64,000 bases of DNA, taken from Candidatus Bathyarchaeota archaeon. GTDB lineage: Archaea > Thermoproteota > Bathyarchaeia > Bathyarchaeales > DTEX01. The first letter of the stretch is position 1. Each line of letters begins with the position of its first letter. The DNA lies in the NCBI GenBank assembly GCA_963714275.1, contig CAVQNT010000001.1, forward strand, positions 32,001 to 96,000. Reading direction: 5' to 3'. The position numbers were made by a program, and so were the translations under genes. The notes under the pieces were generated by a model. That model saw nothing but the letters and a program-made list of their open reading frames with translations. It was not told where the DNA came from and did not search any database. This document shows, piece after piece, positions 1 through 10,325 of the stretch.

Positions 1-669
1 GTCTTTAAGTTTCATCGCCCAGAGTATGCCGTTGAGGACGTGGGTTTGGAACCATTCTTGGTCCCAGATTTCAGGGTAGTGACCTAAGCCTGTGTAGAAC
101 ACGCGTGCCTTGCCGTAGGTGTGGCACCAGCACATCACGTAGTCGTTGTCTTCACGGTTTCCTTTGCTGAGGTCAACTGAGCCATTGTCGAGGCTTAACA
201 GAACGTGGGTCTTTTCTCGGCTCCAGTCTCGGAACGTGTAAACCTCTTCTTTAACCTTGAAGGACTTGGGTAGGTGCCTCGTCGCTGGGTGCGTCTGGTC
301 TTCAACGTTTACCCAGACTTCTTGGCTCCACGGGTGCCCTTTGAAGTAGCCGCCGATCATCTTCCCGTACTCGGTGAACTTGTAGAAAGTGTCCGTCGCG
401 TTGTGGATTCCGATAAACGGTTTCCCAGCTTTGATTGCTGACATCAACTCTTCCTTCTGTTGCTCGGAGATAGGCAGCTCGCCGGTTGTGGCGAAAATCA
501 CGGCGTCGAACTTTTTGAGGTTTTCCTTGTTAAGGAGGTTGCATTCGGTTGTGGCTGTAACCTCGAATTGACCTGATTTTTTGCCCAGCGCGGTTATGAC
601 TTCCGTGGCTTTCGGCAGATAATCGTGTTTGAAACCTGCTGAATGCGTGACCATAAGAACTTTTTTCAT
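1..669 (-). CDS. ThuA-like (trehalose utilisation / class I GATase-fold) domain protein, runs off window start
   Basis: Own translation from ATG 669: MKKVLMVTHSAGFKHDYL...GIHNATDTFY...GGYFKGHPW...FYTGLGHYPEIW...GILWAMK; open to position 1; not in ORF track. Confidence 0.8.
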   Translation of the reverse strand, partial: MKKVLMVTHSAGFKHDYLPKATEVITALGKKSGQFEVTATTECNLLNKENLKKFDAVIFATTGELPISEQQKEELMSAIKAGKPFIGIHNATDTFYKFTEYGKMIGGYFKGHPWSQEVWVNVEDQTHPATRHLPKSFKVKEEVYTFRDWSREKTHVLLSLDNGSVDLSKGNREDNDYVMCWCHTYGKARVFYTGLGHYPEIWDQEWFQTHVLNGILWAMKLKD

Positions 670-803
670 CAAACATCATACACCTTTCAGACAAGCCATC
701 ATTCTCTGCTTTAGATTATTAAAAGTCTTTTTTTCAAAATGTTTGGTTACGCAAAAATCGGTTGACAATAAATTTATGAAACACGCCGAGGACATTGTTA
801 AGT

Positions 804-860
804 GCCTGTGATGAGGGATAGAGCCGTCTGAAAAAGTGATGACCACTTATCCTCTGAGGC
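804..860 (+). ncRNA. Archaeal C/D box sRNA (2'-O-methylation guide)
   Basis: C box GTGATGA 808-814, D' CTGA 828-831, C' GTGATGA 836-842, D CTGA 854-857; 13- and 11-nt guides; GCC/GGC terminal stem; TTTATGAA TATA-like element ~25 nt upstream; intergenic. Confidence 0.88.
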
Positions 861-880
861 TTCAACCAAAGAACTGCGGA

Positions 881-1708
881 CTAGACTCCGGCGTAGGCTG
901 AGAATCCTCCGTCAACGGGAACAACGATTCCGGTGACAAAAGAGGCGTCTTCTGACAACAGGTAAAGAACTGTGCCCACGAGGTCTTCGGGTTCGCCGAA
1001 TCTTCCCATAGGCGTGTGTTCAAGCACAGACTTCCCTCTGGGAGTAGGGGTGCCGTCCTCGTTCATGAGCAGGTATTTGGTTTGAATCGTGACGAAGAAG
1101 CCCGGCGCAACAGCGTTGACTCGGATTTTATGTGAGTGGTTCTGAGCCATGTGAACAGCGAGCCACTGCGTAAAGTTTGAGACGCCCGCCTTCGACGCTG
1201 AGTAGCCCGGAATCTTGGTCAACGGTCTGAAAGCGTTCATCGAGGAAAAGTTTACGATAGCTCCTTCGCCCTTCTCAGCCAACACCTTACCAAAAACCTG
1301 AGATGGAATAATTGTGCCCAAAAGATTCAGGTCAACGACGAACTCTAAAGCGTCCTGCGGGATGTCAAAGAACGATTGAGTTTGACTTGAGGAAGCCCGC
1401 GGAACGTTACCTCCTGCGCCATTTATTAGAAAGTCGACAGTCCCAAAAGCCTCAAGAACCTTTCTGCAGGCTTCGTCCACGCTTGCACGGTCCGTAACAT
1501 CCGCCGCGACTGCTATGGCTTTTCCGCCTTTTTCCTTTATGATTTTTGCTACCTTTTCAGCTGCGTCCTCTCGGATATCCAAAACTGCGACAGAAGCTCC
1601 CTCCGCAGCCAGAGCCTCAGCGACAACTGAACAAAGGACGCCGCCAGCGCCTGTGACAACCGCAACCTTGCCTTCAAACCGCTTTCTTTGTTGCTTCATT
1701 TTGTGCAT
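881..1708 (-). CDS. uxuB: SDR oxidoreductase, D-mannonate oxidoreductase (fructuronate reductase) type
   Basis: TGAGGVLC Rossmann motif, NGAGGN, SSMNAFRPLTKIPGYSASKAGVSNFTQWLAVH signature of the Bacillus YjmF/UxuB-type SDR. Confidence 0.8.
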   Translation of the reverse strand: MHKMKQQRKRFEGKVAVVTGAGGVLCSVVAEALAAEGASVAVLDIREDAAEKVAKIIKEKGGKAIAVAADVTDRASVDEACRKVLEAFGTVDFLINGAGGNVPRASSSQTQSFFDIPQDALEFVVDLNLLGTIIPSQVFGKVLAEKGEGAIVNFSSMNAFRPLTKIPGYSASKAGVSNFTQWLAVHMAQNHSHKIRVNAVAPGFFVTIQTKYLLMNEDGTPTPRGKSVLEHTPMGRFGEPEDLVGTVLYLLSEDASFVTGIVVPVDGGFSAYAGV

Positions 1709-1773
1709 CCCATTTTATGAAATTGCTTCAACGCATAATAAATTATGCAGTGGGCTTGCTGGTAAGTTGTAGG

Positions 1774-2574
1774 CTAGCCTTTACGGAACTGTTCTATCTC
1801 TTCTTGTATTGCGTTTTTCGCTGTCCTTTCTGAAACTGGACCGAAGAACTTCATTTTGCCGTTGACTAGGGGTTCAGTTGTTCCGTACCTGTGGACCGTT
1901 TCGAGCGTTGCGTCCAACTCCACTATTTTGATTTTGTCTCCGAAGCTTTCCGCAACTTTTCTTATCATGTAGTACATGTAGGCTCCGACTGGGCACATGA
2001 AGTTTCTGAAAAACGTTACTTCGACTTTGTCGGTCGCTGGCTTATAGTCCAGACCTACGATTTTGACTGCTATGTTTTCCTTTGTTAGGGGGTAATACAT
2101 GACCTTGAAAGGCGGATGCTCCTTGATTGTCTGGAAGCCCTGCTTCAGAAAGTCCTTATATGACATGTACAAGTCCAAGTCCGTGGCAGAAACCAGTATG
2201 CCCTTGAATCCTTGTTTTTTTAGGTCATTTTTCATGTAGTCAAGCATCATTCTGCCATGTCCCTTATGTTTGTAATCCTGCAAGAGCTCGGTACAATAGA
2301 TGCAGGCAACCATGGGTTCAATTTCGTATGGAAGAAGAGCCTTCTCCGACCTTACCCAGTAGATTAAGCCAACAACCTTGTCTCCATCTAACAAGTGGTA
2401 ACCTTCAATATGCCTTCCCAAATTTGTTTTGAACCACTCTCTAGATTCAAGTAAACATTCAGCCCATCCAACATTGGGCGGGAACTCTTCAGCGCAACAG
2501 TACGTAGTCCCCAAATCCTCTATGGTTGTTCTTTTGACCTGCAATTTGAATAGTCTCTCCCGTAAACATTCCAT
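1774..2574 (-). CDS. GNAT-family N-acetyltransferase with C-terminal thioredoxin-like (YoaP-type) domain
   Basis: CIYC...YKHKGHGRMML acetyl-CoA motif A; C-terminal FFRNFMCP...KIVELD. Confidence 0.6.
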   Translation of the reverse strand: MECLRERLFKLQVKRTTIEDLGTTYCCAEEFPPNVGWAECLLESREWFKTNLGRHIEGYHLLDGDKVVGLIYWVRSEKALLPYEIEPMVACIYCTELLQDYKHKGHGRMMLDYMKNDLKKQGFKGILVSATDLDLYMSYKDFLKQGFQTIKEHPPFKVMYYPLTKENIAVKIVGLDYKPATDKVEVTFFRNFMCPVGAYMYYMIRKVAESFGDKIKIVELDATLETVHRYGTTEPLVNGKMKFFGPVSERTAKNAIQEEIEQFRKG

Positions 2575-2632
2575 AATATAAAAAAGAAATATTTAGGTTT
2601 ACGATTTGTCGCGGTTTTTTTGTTGGTTTTGG

Positions 2633-3295
2633 TTAGTATTTGTTAACTTCGTCGCAGTCTCTTGTTTTTGTTAGGACGAGGAGGAAAACGTTTTTTGGTA
2701 CCAATAATTCATCCACGTTTCTGATGGCTTCAATGTATTGGTTTACGGCGTCAGCATCCACATCTTGGCTCAGCTTCAATTCGTCGATGTCTTCGAAAAT
2801 AACTTTTTTACCAATAGATTCTAGGTCGCTTTTCGAGATTTCCAGATCGTCAATTCCGCCGATTCTTATGATGTTCTGGTCTTGGGCTTTTTGTTCCTCA
2901 ACAGAATATCGCATAACGTTATGGCAGCCTTTCACTTTTTTCATCGCGTCCAAGTACAATGGTTCAGGCACCTGCACGTTGTCGCATTCTTCGATCGACA
3001 GCACATTGTTTTCGAAGACTTCTTTGTCAATGTCCTTGGCGAATTTTAGGTTCATAACTTCTTTGAACGCCACTTTTCCGAGTTCCATAAGGTCCTTTTT
3101 GGTGACTGTGACGTTGTCCATGTTTTCGCCAAAGACTGTTGAGGCTCCTTGAACTTGGTTCAGGTACGACCTCATCGCGTCGTTCATCAGGTCGGAGACG
3201 TTTTTGCCTGTTTCTTTAGCTTTTGCGAGTATTTTATTGTAGAGTTCTGTTTCGAGTCCCCTTATTGCGGTTACATCTTTCTGTTCACTCGACAT
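2633..3295 (-). CDS. Hypothetical protein: N-terminal ribbon-helix-helix-like segment plus two tandem copies of an unknown ~70-aa domain
   Basis: TAIRGLETELYNKILAKAKETGKNVSDLMNDAMRSYL; internal repeat VTKKDLMELGK-VAF..VMNLKF..DID / ISKSDLESIGKKVIF..IDELKL..DVD. Confidence 0.65.
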   Translation of the reverse strand: MSSEQKDVTAIRGLETELYNKILAKAKETGKNVSDLMNDAMRSYLNQVQGASTVFGENMDNVTVTKKDLMELGKVAFKEVMNLKFAKDIDKEVFENNVLSIEECDNVQVPEPLYLDAMKKVKGCHNVMRYSVEEQKAQDQNIIRIGGIDDLEISKSDLESIGKKVIFEDIDELKLSQDVDADAVNQYIEAIRNVDELLVPKNVFLLVLTKTRDCDEVNKY

Positions 3296-3382
3296 CTTAA
3301 ACCACCTAAACATGTATAACAAGTAAACAAGTTAACATATAATGCTTGTGGAGGAAACTTCCATAACAAGCCAAAGTGCTCT

Positions 3383-5206
3383 TTATTCTGCCTTGTTGAT
3401 TTTCCACACTAAGAACTCTGTTCCGACCGCTGCGAGAAGCCTGAAAGTGCCCCATAATCCCTTGAAGCCGCCATTATGTGGTAGAAATCGCTTCAACAGT
3501 TCCCTCTTGGACACATGCCCCCTTTCGCTAATCAATTTCATGTCGACATCTAAATTTATGGTTGAATAATGCTGTTTTCCGCGCATGATCCGTATGTACT
3601 CAACCGAATTCTTGGTGGTTTCCACAACGAAGCTGATGGCTGCATCATCGTCAAGGTTCAAAGTGCACTGGATCGTTTGCGGTCCAAGGATTCTGAGGAA
3701 CCGCGACATCTCTAAAACGTTGTGCACTCCTACCCTTCTGGTGTATTCTTCCACTCGGGGATCAGGGTAAGCTTCCAGGAAAATCTTTACGTATAGACCG
3801 AAGTTATCCCTCTTAAGGCTTTTCCCAGCGTGGCTAATGAACTGCATATCGTTTGCTCTTTCAAGTATGAAGTTAGCCAACGGCAGTTTTCTTCTAGTTC
3901 TTCGCTGAGAAACCATTTCCCGATCAATGAACGTATCTATATTCCAAAACTTAGCCATGCAGTAGGTGGCCAGCTCCTCAATCTTCTCCTTAGACAGATG
4001 CTTTGTAATATAAACCGAGTGCATTTCGTCGAAATTTTCCCAGTTGGTCTCAAATATCAATCCTTCCTTGTCCAGTTCTTCGTAGAATTTGGTACCTGGA
4101 AACGGGGTCACGACGCCAAAAGCAGCACCCGTCATTCCAATCTCTCTAGCGTAAACCGGGAAGTATCTAATCTCTTCCTCTGTCTGATCCGGAAGACCTA
4201 TAACGAAAGTTCCGCCTGCACTTCCACCATACTTGCGTATATTATGCACCGCTTCCCTGTGAATCTTTGTAGTTATGCCCTTTTTCGTCGATTCCAAGTC
4301 TCTTGGGTTTGGGCTTTCTATGCCCATCTCGAAATAGAGTATCCCCGCTTCGCACATCTTTTTCACAATGCCGGGATACTTTGCCATATGATCCGTTCTA
4401 ACAAGCGCCATGAACTCCATGTTCAAGTCGTGGTCCCGGAGGAGATCACAGAGATGTTCCACTCTTGATGGCTTGCCCATGAAGTTCGGATCAACAATGA
4501 ATCCGATGACCCGTCTCCCCTTATGGAACCTGTCTATCTCAAGAATCTCCTTCACGACATTCTCTGGGGAACGCCATCTGAAATGCCCTCGGCTCATGCT
4601 AGGCTCACAGCAGAACGTGCACTGTCCGTAGCACCCTCGTGAGGTCAGAATCGCGTCGTAATCGGTTTTTCGGTCTTGCGCCTTGTACGAATAGTGTCTC
4701 AGGTGCCGAGCGGGAAAGGGAAGGCTGTCTAGGTCTTTGATGAACGGTCTATTTTCATTGTGGATAATCTGGCTGGCTCGTCTGTAAGAGACTCCGAGTA
4801 CGCCCTCTGAACCTCCCTTTTCTATGATTTCCATCGCTGTAGCCTCTCCTTCGCCGCGAACAACCATGTCCACCTGAGGGTAGGAAAGCAGCAAGTCCGG
4901 GACGCCTGTAGGGTGGTATCCGCCGACCATGGTTGCGATCCCTCTTTTCTTGGCAATTTTCGCAAGGCGCAAGCCCTCGTTGTGTTCGGTTGCTGACAGG
5001 GAGATTCCTACGAGGTCTGGGCTGTACAGGTCGAGGATTTGCTGGAAACTTTGGTGTTCCATTTCCATGTCTATGATGTGAACTTCGTCGACCGAGTCCT
5101 CAATGTATGCCGCTATGTATTCTAAGCCAAGAGGTATCTGGTCCATTAGGAAACTTAGTCCGCTTTTTCCAGAAGGTTTCACCAGCAGAACTTTGTTGAA
5201 CGGCAT
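3383..5206 (-). CDS. Cobalamin-binding radical SAM protein (class B methyltransferase-like) with long C-terminal extension
   Basis: PLGLEYIAA...MVGGYHPT...VVRGEGE B12-binding domain; RGCYGQCTFC CxxxCxxC; MGIES; TPFPGT; likely start MPFNKV at 5206. Confidence 0.88.
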   Translation of the reverse strand: MPFNKVLLVKPSGKSGLSFLMDQIPLGLEYIAAYIEDSVDEVHIIDMEMEHQSFQQILDLYSPDLVGISLSATEHNEGLRLAKIAKKRGIATMVGGYHPTGVPDLLLSYPQVDMVVRGEGEATAMEIIEKGGSEGVLGVSYRRASQIIHNENRPFIKDLDSLPFPARHLRHYSYKAQDRKTDYDAILTSRGCYGQCTFCCEPSMSRGHFRWRSPENVVKEILEIDRFHKGRRVIGFIVDPNFMGKPSRVEHLCDLLRDHDLNMEFMALVRTDHMAKYPGIVKKMCEAGILYFEMGIESPNPRDLESTKKGITTKIHREAVHNIRKYGGSAGGTFVIGLPDQTEEEIRYFPVYAREIGMTGAAFGVVTPFPGTKFYEELDKEGLIFETNWENFDEMHSVYITKHLSKEKIEELATYCMAKFWNIDTFIDREMVSQRRTRRKLPLANFILERANDMQFISHAGKSLKRDNFGLYVKIFLEAYPDPRVEEYTRRVGVHNVLEMSRFLRILGPQTIQCTLNLDDDAAISFVVETTKNSVEYIRIMRGKQHYSTINLDVDMKLISERGHVSKRELLKRFLPHNGGFKGLWGTFRLLAAVGTEFLVWKINKAE

Positions 5207-5358
5207 AAAACAATCTAAGTCGATTCCATCTTTAAAAAACGTTCGCACAGCAATGACAGGAACTTTAGGTTTTCTTGCGCCGATAACCGCGATTATGGGA
5301 ATCATCAGAACTCGTCGCTGAAGTGCCTATCGACATCTCTCCCATAATTATTACACAT

Positions 5359-6450
5359 TTATTCAACAGTAAATTTTAGAGTCCAGAGTTCCTCTCTGAA
5401 CGTTAGTATTTGGGTGTAAACTGTTTTCCCGGTTGCGTCGAAAGTGAGGATGTAGGTGTCTACGTGGACTTGAACCTCGTATTCTCCGGGATCAAGCCGA
5501 CCAAGGGGTATGAGGACGAGTGGATTAATGAGCGCTTCTGTGACGGCTACGCCTTCGCCGGGGTTCGTGAAGTTCACTTCGAACCTGAGCTTAACCGGGT
5601 ATGATTCCAACCAGCTAAACGATTTTACCTGTATGGCGTATCCTCCAGTCGGGTAGTCGCCCCGTGAGACGATTAGGCTAACGAAATCCTCGTTGGAAGC
5701 CGTTGTTGCCTCGTTTCCTTTAAGCATCCGCCAGTAATCGTCCACCATCCATATCGTGGGCAGCGTAGGATCGTGGTCAGTAACAATTATGTGGATGCCT
5801 CTCTCGAAGACTCCGACACCACCATAATTATCATAGACGGTTCTAGGCTCACCTTCAAAAGGCAAACTTGTCTTGAATTGTCGGCGAAGAAGCGTCCCCT
5901 TCCAAACGGTTGCGCCGTCCATTTTCACTGTTATAGTGTATTCCATGTTCACCGGTAGAACAACTGGGTAGCCGATTGTTACAGTTAAGCTGCCATCTTT
6001 GTAGACATAAGTTTCGTAACCCAGTAGACAATGTGGTGTAACGTTGCCTCCCGTCCAGTTCAACGTTAAAGGATCGGGAACCTTCAGCTCAAGAACGGTC
6101 CTTAGGTACAGCAACGCGTAGTCTCGGACAAAGGCGGGCTCCAAAAAAGCGTCCCGCCAAGCCTCATAAACGTCCTCCGCAAAACTTTGCCTCCAAGAAT
6201 AGCCACATCGGAGACATTTCCAGATGAAGTTTTCGCTTCTCGAGCCGACAGGTGTCAAGACATATGGTCCTGAAATATCGTGGGCACCTTCAGGGCAGAT
6301 TACGGGATTTTCAGAAACAGGCGTAATGCCAGCTAAAGCTAAGGTTGCTCCCGCTGAACAAATGATGGCAGCGACAATTAATACGGCAACAATCTTCGGG
6401 TTCAACGTGTCCTCGCCAATAAAATATGAAAACAACGGGTATAATACCAT
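5359..6450 (-). CDS. Secreted/membrane-anchored protein with zinc-ribbon-like motif and PrcB C-terminal-like domain
   Basis: N-terminal hydrophobic stretch; CPEG...WKCLRCG; VSRGDYPTGGYAIQV PrcB-like motif. Confidence 0.55.
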   Translation of the reverse strand: MVLYPLFSYFIGEDTLNPKIVAVLIVAAIICSAGATLALAGITPVSENPVICPEGAHDISGPYVLTPVGSRSENFIWKCLRCGYSWRQSFAEDVYEAWRDAFLEPAFVRDYALLYLRTVLELKVPDPLTLNWTGGNVTPHCLLGYETYVYKDGSLTVTIGYPVVLPVNMEYTITVKMDGATVWKGTLLRRQFKTSLPFEGEPRTVYDNYGGVGVFERGIHIIVTDHDPTLPTIWMVDDYWRMLKGNEATTASNEDFVSLIVSRGDYPTGGYAIQVKSFSWLESYPVKLRFEVNFTNPGEGVAVTEALINPLVLIPLGRLDPGEYEVQVHVDTYILTFDATGKTVYTQILTFREELWTLKFTVE

Positions 6451-6567
6451 TGATCAGAACAATCTGTCCAAAAATTAGAACACGAAGGTTTGGTTGCGTC
6501 TAATGATTGTTATGGATTTTTTTAAATAGAATAGTCTTCATTCTTGTTAAGGTGGAGAAACTAAATA

Positions 6568-7337
6568 ATGGAACGCAAGGAAACCAACGCCCTATTTCAA
6601 CAATGGAAGAAAGAAGAGTCCGAACCTTTCATCGGCTGGGATTTCTCTCATATTACAGAAAGATGCGTGGAGGAGCAGCCACCTTAGTCCTACATGGAAT
6701 TGGCAAAAACCCTCATGTTGTCATCAAGGGCTGTTTTGGACCTTGGAACAGGAGGCGGCGAAAGGCTGCTTGCGATGAAAGACTGCTTTCCGAAACGTGT
6801 AGTAGCAACCGAGGGATTCCGCCGAACTATGTTTTGGCTCTCAGGAGACTTTCACCATACGGCGTCGAAGTTGTCCAAACAAAATCCTCGTCTTTGAAAG
6901 AAAAACTGCCCTTTGCTGACGGCGAGTTCGACTTAGTACTTAATCGGCATTCCGCCTACAATGCTTCAGAAGTCGCTAGGGTTCTAAAGTCTCACGGATT
7001 CTTCCTTACAGAGCAGGTTGACGGTAGAGACCTTGAGGACCTCTGTAAAGTTTTTGGTTGTAAGCCACAGTGGTCTTTCTTTACCTTAAATTTTGCGCTT
7101 AACACAATCAAGTCAACGGAACTCGTGGTGGTTGATGCCCAAGAATGGAAAGGAAAAACTGTCTTCAAAGATGTTGGGGCATTGGTGTATTTCCTTAAGG
7201 CTATTCCGTGGATTGTGCCGGGTTTCACCGTTAAGATACAGTTTGATAATCTTCTAAAGCTGCAAGAAAGGATAGAAAAGGAAGAAAAATTAACATTCAC
7301 TCAAAGGCTCTTCTTAATCAAAGCAGAAAAACCTTAA
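6568..7337 (+). pseudogene. Class I SAM-dependent methyltransferase, interrupted by an in-frame TAG (6685-6687) and a frameshift (~6820)
   Basis: ATG 6568 MERKE...FIGWDFS...EEQPP*SY...VLDLGTGGGERL, then frame change to PPNY...LPFADGEFDLVLNRH. Confidence 0.7.
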
Positions 7338-7449
7338 ACTTCAACATAATTACCTCGGGTTATCAATGCACTAAGCTAAGCCTTCTTAAAGTCCTTAATG
7401 GAAGCATCTTAATTTCGGGATTTTTTGTTTGCATGCTTTCTTGATAACA

Positions 7450-8802
7450 TCATTTACCTGCAAGTTTTACCTCTTTAATCTTAGCATAGGGGAAGAAGAA
7501 ACCTTTTCCCAAGGTTCGTCCCTCTTTGGATATAAGGTCAATGTCTTTGAACAGTTCCAGCACGTGCCCACCCGCCATCAGGTTTTTGATCGGATGCCTT
7601 TTCTCTCCGCCTTCAACGAGGAACCCTTCGTCTATTGTGCAGGAGAACTCGCCTGAAACGATGTTTGGCGTAAATCCCACGCTTGCAGCCAAGATGCCCT
7701 TCCTTGTTTCCGCGACCATCTCGTCCATTGTGCTTTCTCCGGGTTTGACTTGAACATTCGTCGGTCCTGTGCCCACGTAGCCACCGTAGCCTCCTCTCGC
7801 TGCATGCCCAGTTGTTTCGACCCCCATGATTCCAGCCGAATAGTAGTTGTGCAGAAAAGTTTTCACAACACCTCCGCCCACCACTTCGACCCGTCTTCTC
7901 GGCACGCCTTCACCGTCAAAGGCACCACTGGCAATCGCGCCAGGAATTGTGCCATCATCCACCACCCCAAACGTGGAAGGAGCAACCTGTTTTCCGAGGC
8001 AGCCCGAAGCGAATGTTCTTCCCTTGGCAACAGACTCACCTGAAATTGCGCCAAGCAGACCAAAGACAAGCGAAGCTGTCGATTCAGGCGTGAGGATTAT
8101 TGGCAGGTTTTCGCTTTCAATCCGTTTCGAACCGAACTGTTCGACGGCTTTTTCGGCTGCTTTTTTGCCGATTTTCTCGAAGTCCATTTCTGCCAGAGAG
8201 ATGGCGTCGTCGAACTCGGATGAACTTCCAACATCGTCGCCTTTTCTGTACGTGGGCGCTATGCTTGCGGATACGGATGTCTTTTCAGCCTCAACTGAGA
8301 CTCCTTTTGAGGTCATCAAGTAACCTTTCATGTGGCCAGCGTCTAATCCTCCGGCATACATGGCTCCTTGACGAATGTCCTCCACAGCCCCTATCATACT
8401 CTTGGTTAGCACCGCGGTTTCTTCTAATGTGAGAGAAACAATCTCGGAGTCGCAGAGTCCAGCAATCTTTGCTGCTTTCGAAGGACCCGGCATGCCCTTA
8501 AAGTATGGGTCAGGCTGAGCGACTGCAGCGAAATCGGCGGCTTGGCGAACCGTTGTTTCAACATCTTCAGCTTTCAAGCTTTGGGAGAAGGCGACCCCAA
8601 GTCCCTTGTTTTTGTAGGCTCTGACTCCTAGTCCCAAGTCAGTTCGGGACATGGATTCGTTTATTCCTTTGCCCAGAATTCCGACGCTCAACGAACGTGA
8701 GTAGGAAGCGTAGACATCGAAAAAGTCGAGACTTAATTTAGAAAGTAGTTTAACCGCTTTTTCAACCGGCGTTACCAAGTCAACCTTTTCCATGCCTGTC
8801 AC
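7450..8802 (-). CDS. tldE: TldE/PmbA family protein
   Basis: FDGEGVP, FLHNYYSA, TTGHAARG, GFLVEGGE..HPIK motifs; lacks HExxxH; downstream of tldD. Confidence 0.85.
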   Translation of the reverse strand: MTGMEKVDLVTPVEKAVKLLSKLSLDFFDVYASYSRSLSVGILGKGINESMSRTDLGLGVRAYKNKGLGVAFSQSLKAEDVETTVRQAADFAAVAQPDPYFKGMPGPSKAAKIAGLCDSEIVSLTLEETAVLTKSMIGAVEDIRQGAMYAGGLDAGHMKGYLMTSKGVSVEAEKTSVSASIAPTYRKGDDVGSSSEFDDAISLAEMDFEKIGKKAAEKAVEQFGSKRIESENLPIILTPESTASLVFGLLGAISGESVAKGRTFASGCLGKQVAPSTFGVVDDGTIPGAIASGAFDGEGVPRRRVEVVGGGVVKTFLHNYYSAGIMGVETTGHAARGGYGGYVGTGPTNVQVKPGESTMDEMVAETRKGILAASVGFTPNIVSGEFSCTIDEGFLVEGGEKRHPIKNLMAGGHVLELFKDIDLISKEGRTLGKGFFFPYAKIKEVKLAGK

Positions 8803-10210
8803 CTCCTTCCTCCAACGACCACACCCTCAAACCTAATGTGCGGTGAACCCGCGTCAACGTACATGCCTTGCCCGCCTTTCCCGCACATTCCCGGCATATC
8901 AATCCTTAAGTCTTTAGCGACTGCCGTGACATTCTTGAGCGCGTCCAAGGTAAGGCCGTTGATGGCTACGTCTCTGAGGTGCTCCGTTAATTCTCCCTTT
9001 TCTATGAGCCACCCCTGTTCAACCTTGCATGTGAATTGACCTTTCTGGGTTTCAACGTAGCCATACTGTGACCCAGCCAAGTAGACTCCTGTTTTAATGT
9101 CTTCTAGGAGTTCTTCTAATGTCATGTCTCCAGCTGCGAAGTACGTGTTCGACATCCGTATGATGGGTGGAAAATGCTGGTTTTGGGCGCGGACGCTGCC
9201 CTGAGGTTTGCCGCCTAGCTTTGCAGCTGATTCTAAAGAGTGAAGGTAGCTGACTAAGGTTCCTTTATCGATAATGAGGTGCAGTTCAGCCTTGGTTCCT
9301 TCGTGATCGTAAACGTAACAGCCGTTCTTGGGAACTGTCGGGTCGTCTATAACCGAGACGAGGTCGCTTGCCACCTTCTGTCCCATCTTGTCGGAAATTA
9401 TGGACTGCCCTCCGAAGACGAGGTCACCTTCACTGTTGTGGCCGAAAGCTTCGTGGACGAAGAGTCCGCCTACTTCTGGGTCAACGACCACCGTGAATGT
9501 TCCTCTGGGAGGGGGATGAGCGTCAAGAAGTTTGACAGCTGTCTCAGCTGCCTTCACGGAGAACTGTTCAACCTGAATGGCGTCAACAATCTCGTAGCCA
9601 GCGACGTTTCCCTCTGATTCGAACCCGGTTTGCATGTTTTCGCCTTCTTTTGAGATTACGCTGCAGTAGACGTGGGTTCTGGGCGTCGTCTCCTCGATTG
9701 ATGTCCCGAATGAGTTGTTGGTTACCACTTTCGTAAGTACTTCCCTGTAGCTCATGAACGTGTCTTTCACTTTTTTGCTGTATGTTCGGGCAGCTTTTCG
9801 ATCTCTAGCATCCTTTTTACTTTTTCTTCCTCGCTTACGTTCTCGGGATTAATCTTAGGTTTGTGAACAACGGTGTCCGTAGCGGGCTTTTGGTCAACGA
9901 TTTTTGCTTCTTCCCCTGATTGTGCTGCTATGGACTTTGCTCCTCCTATGGCGTCCGTTAAAGCCTTTTCGACGCTTTGTTTTGTGGACACGTTTGTCGA
10001 CGCGAACCCCCATTTCCCGTTAACTATGACTCTGATTCCGACTCCGTGTAGGATGCCTGAGGACATTGATTTCGCAACGCCGTTTTCGACGGAAATATAT
10101 TTTGCTCTTTCCTCGAAGAACCTTGCTTCGCAGAACCTTGCTCCTGCCTTTTCTCCTTTCTTGACAACAGAGCCTAGCAGATCCCTCAACCGTAGCTCAC
10201 CAAGCAACAT
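8799..10210 (-). CDS. tldD: TldD family metalloprotease (frameshift ~9797 joins ORFs 9767-10210 and 8799-9770)
   Basis: GVGIRVIVNGKWGFAST, VHEAFGHNSEGD zinc motif, PIIRMSNTY, GMCGKGGQ. Confidence 0.88.
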
Positions 10211-10325
10211 CTACGTCGTCATGGTATAAAAACCGTTCATTTTCTCGGCATGCCTTTATTTATCCTGAGGGATTTATGAAACGTTTTATATTTACTTGTG
10301 TATATCTTTCTTTTTAAGATGAAAA

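Noticed and set aside
6685-6687. Pyrrolysine/amber recoding
   Set aside because: TAG is an ordinary terminator in many genes here (e.g. 881, 1774, 18505, 35323); no pyl genes; the same gene is also frameshifted
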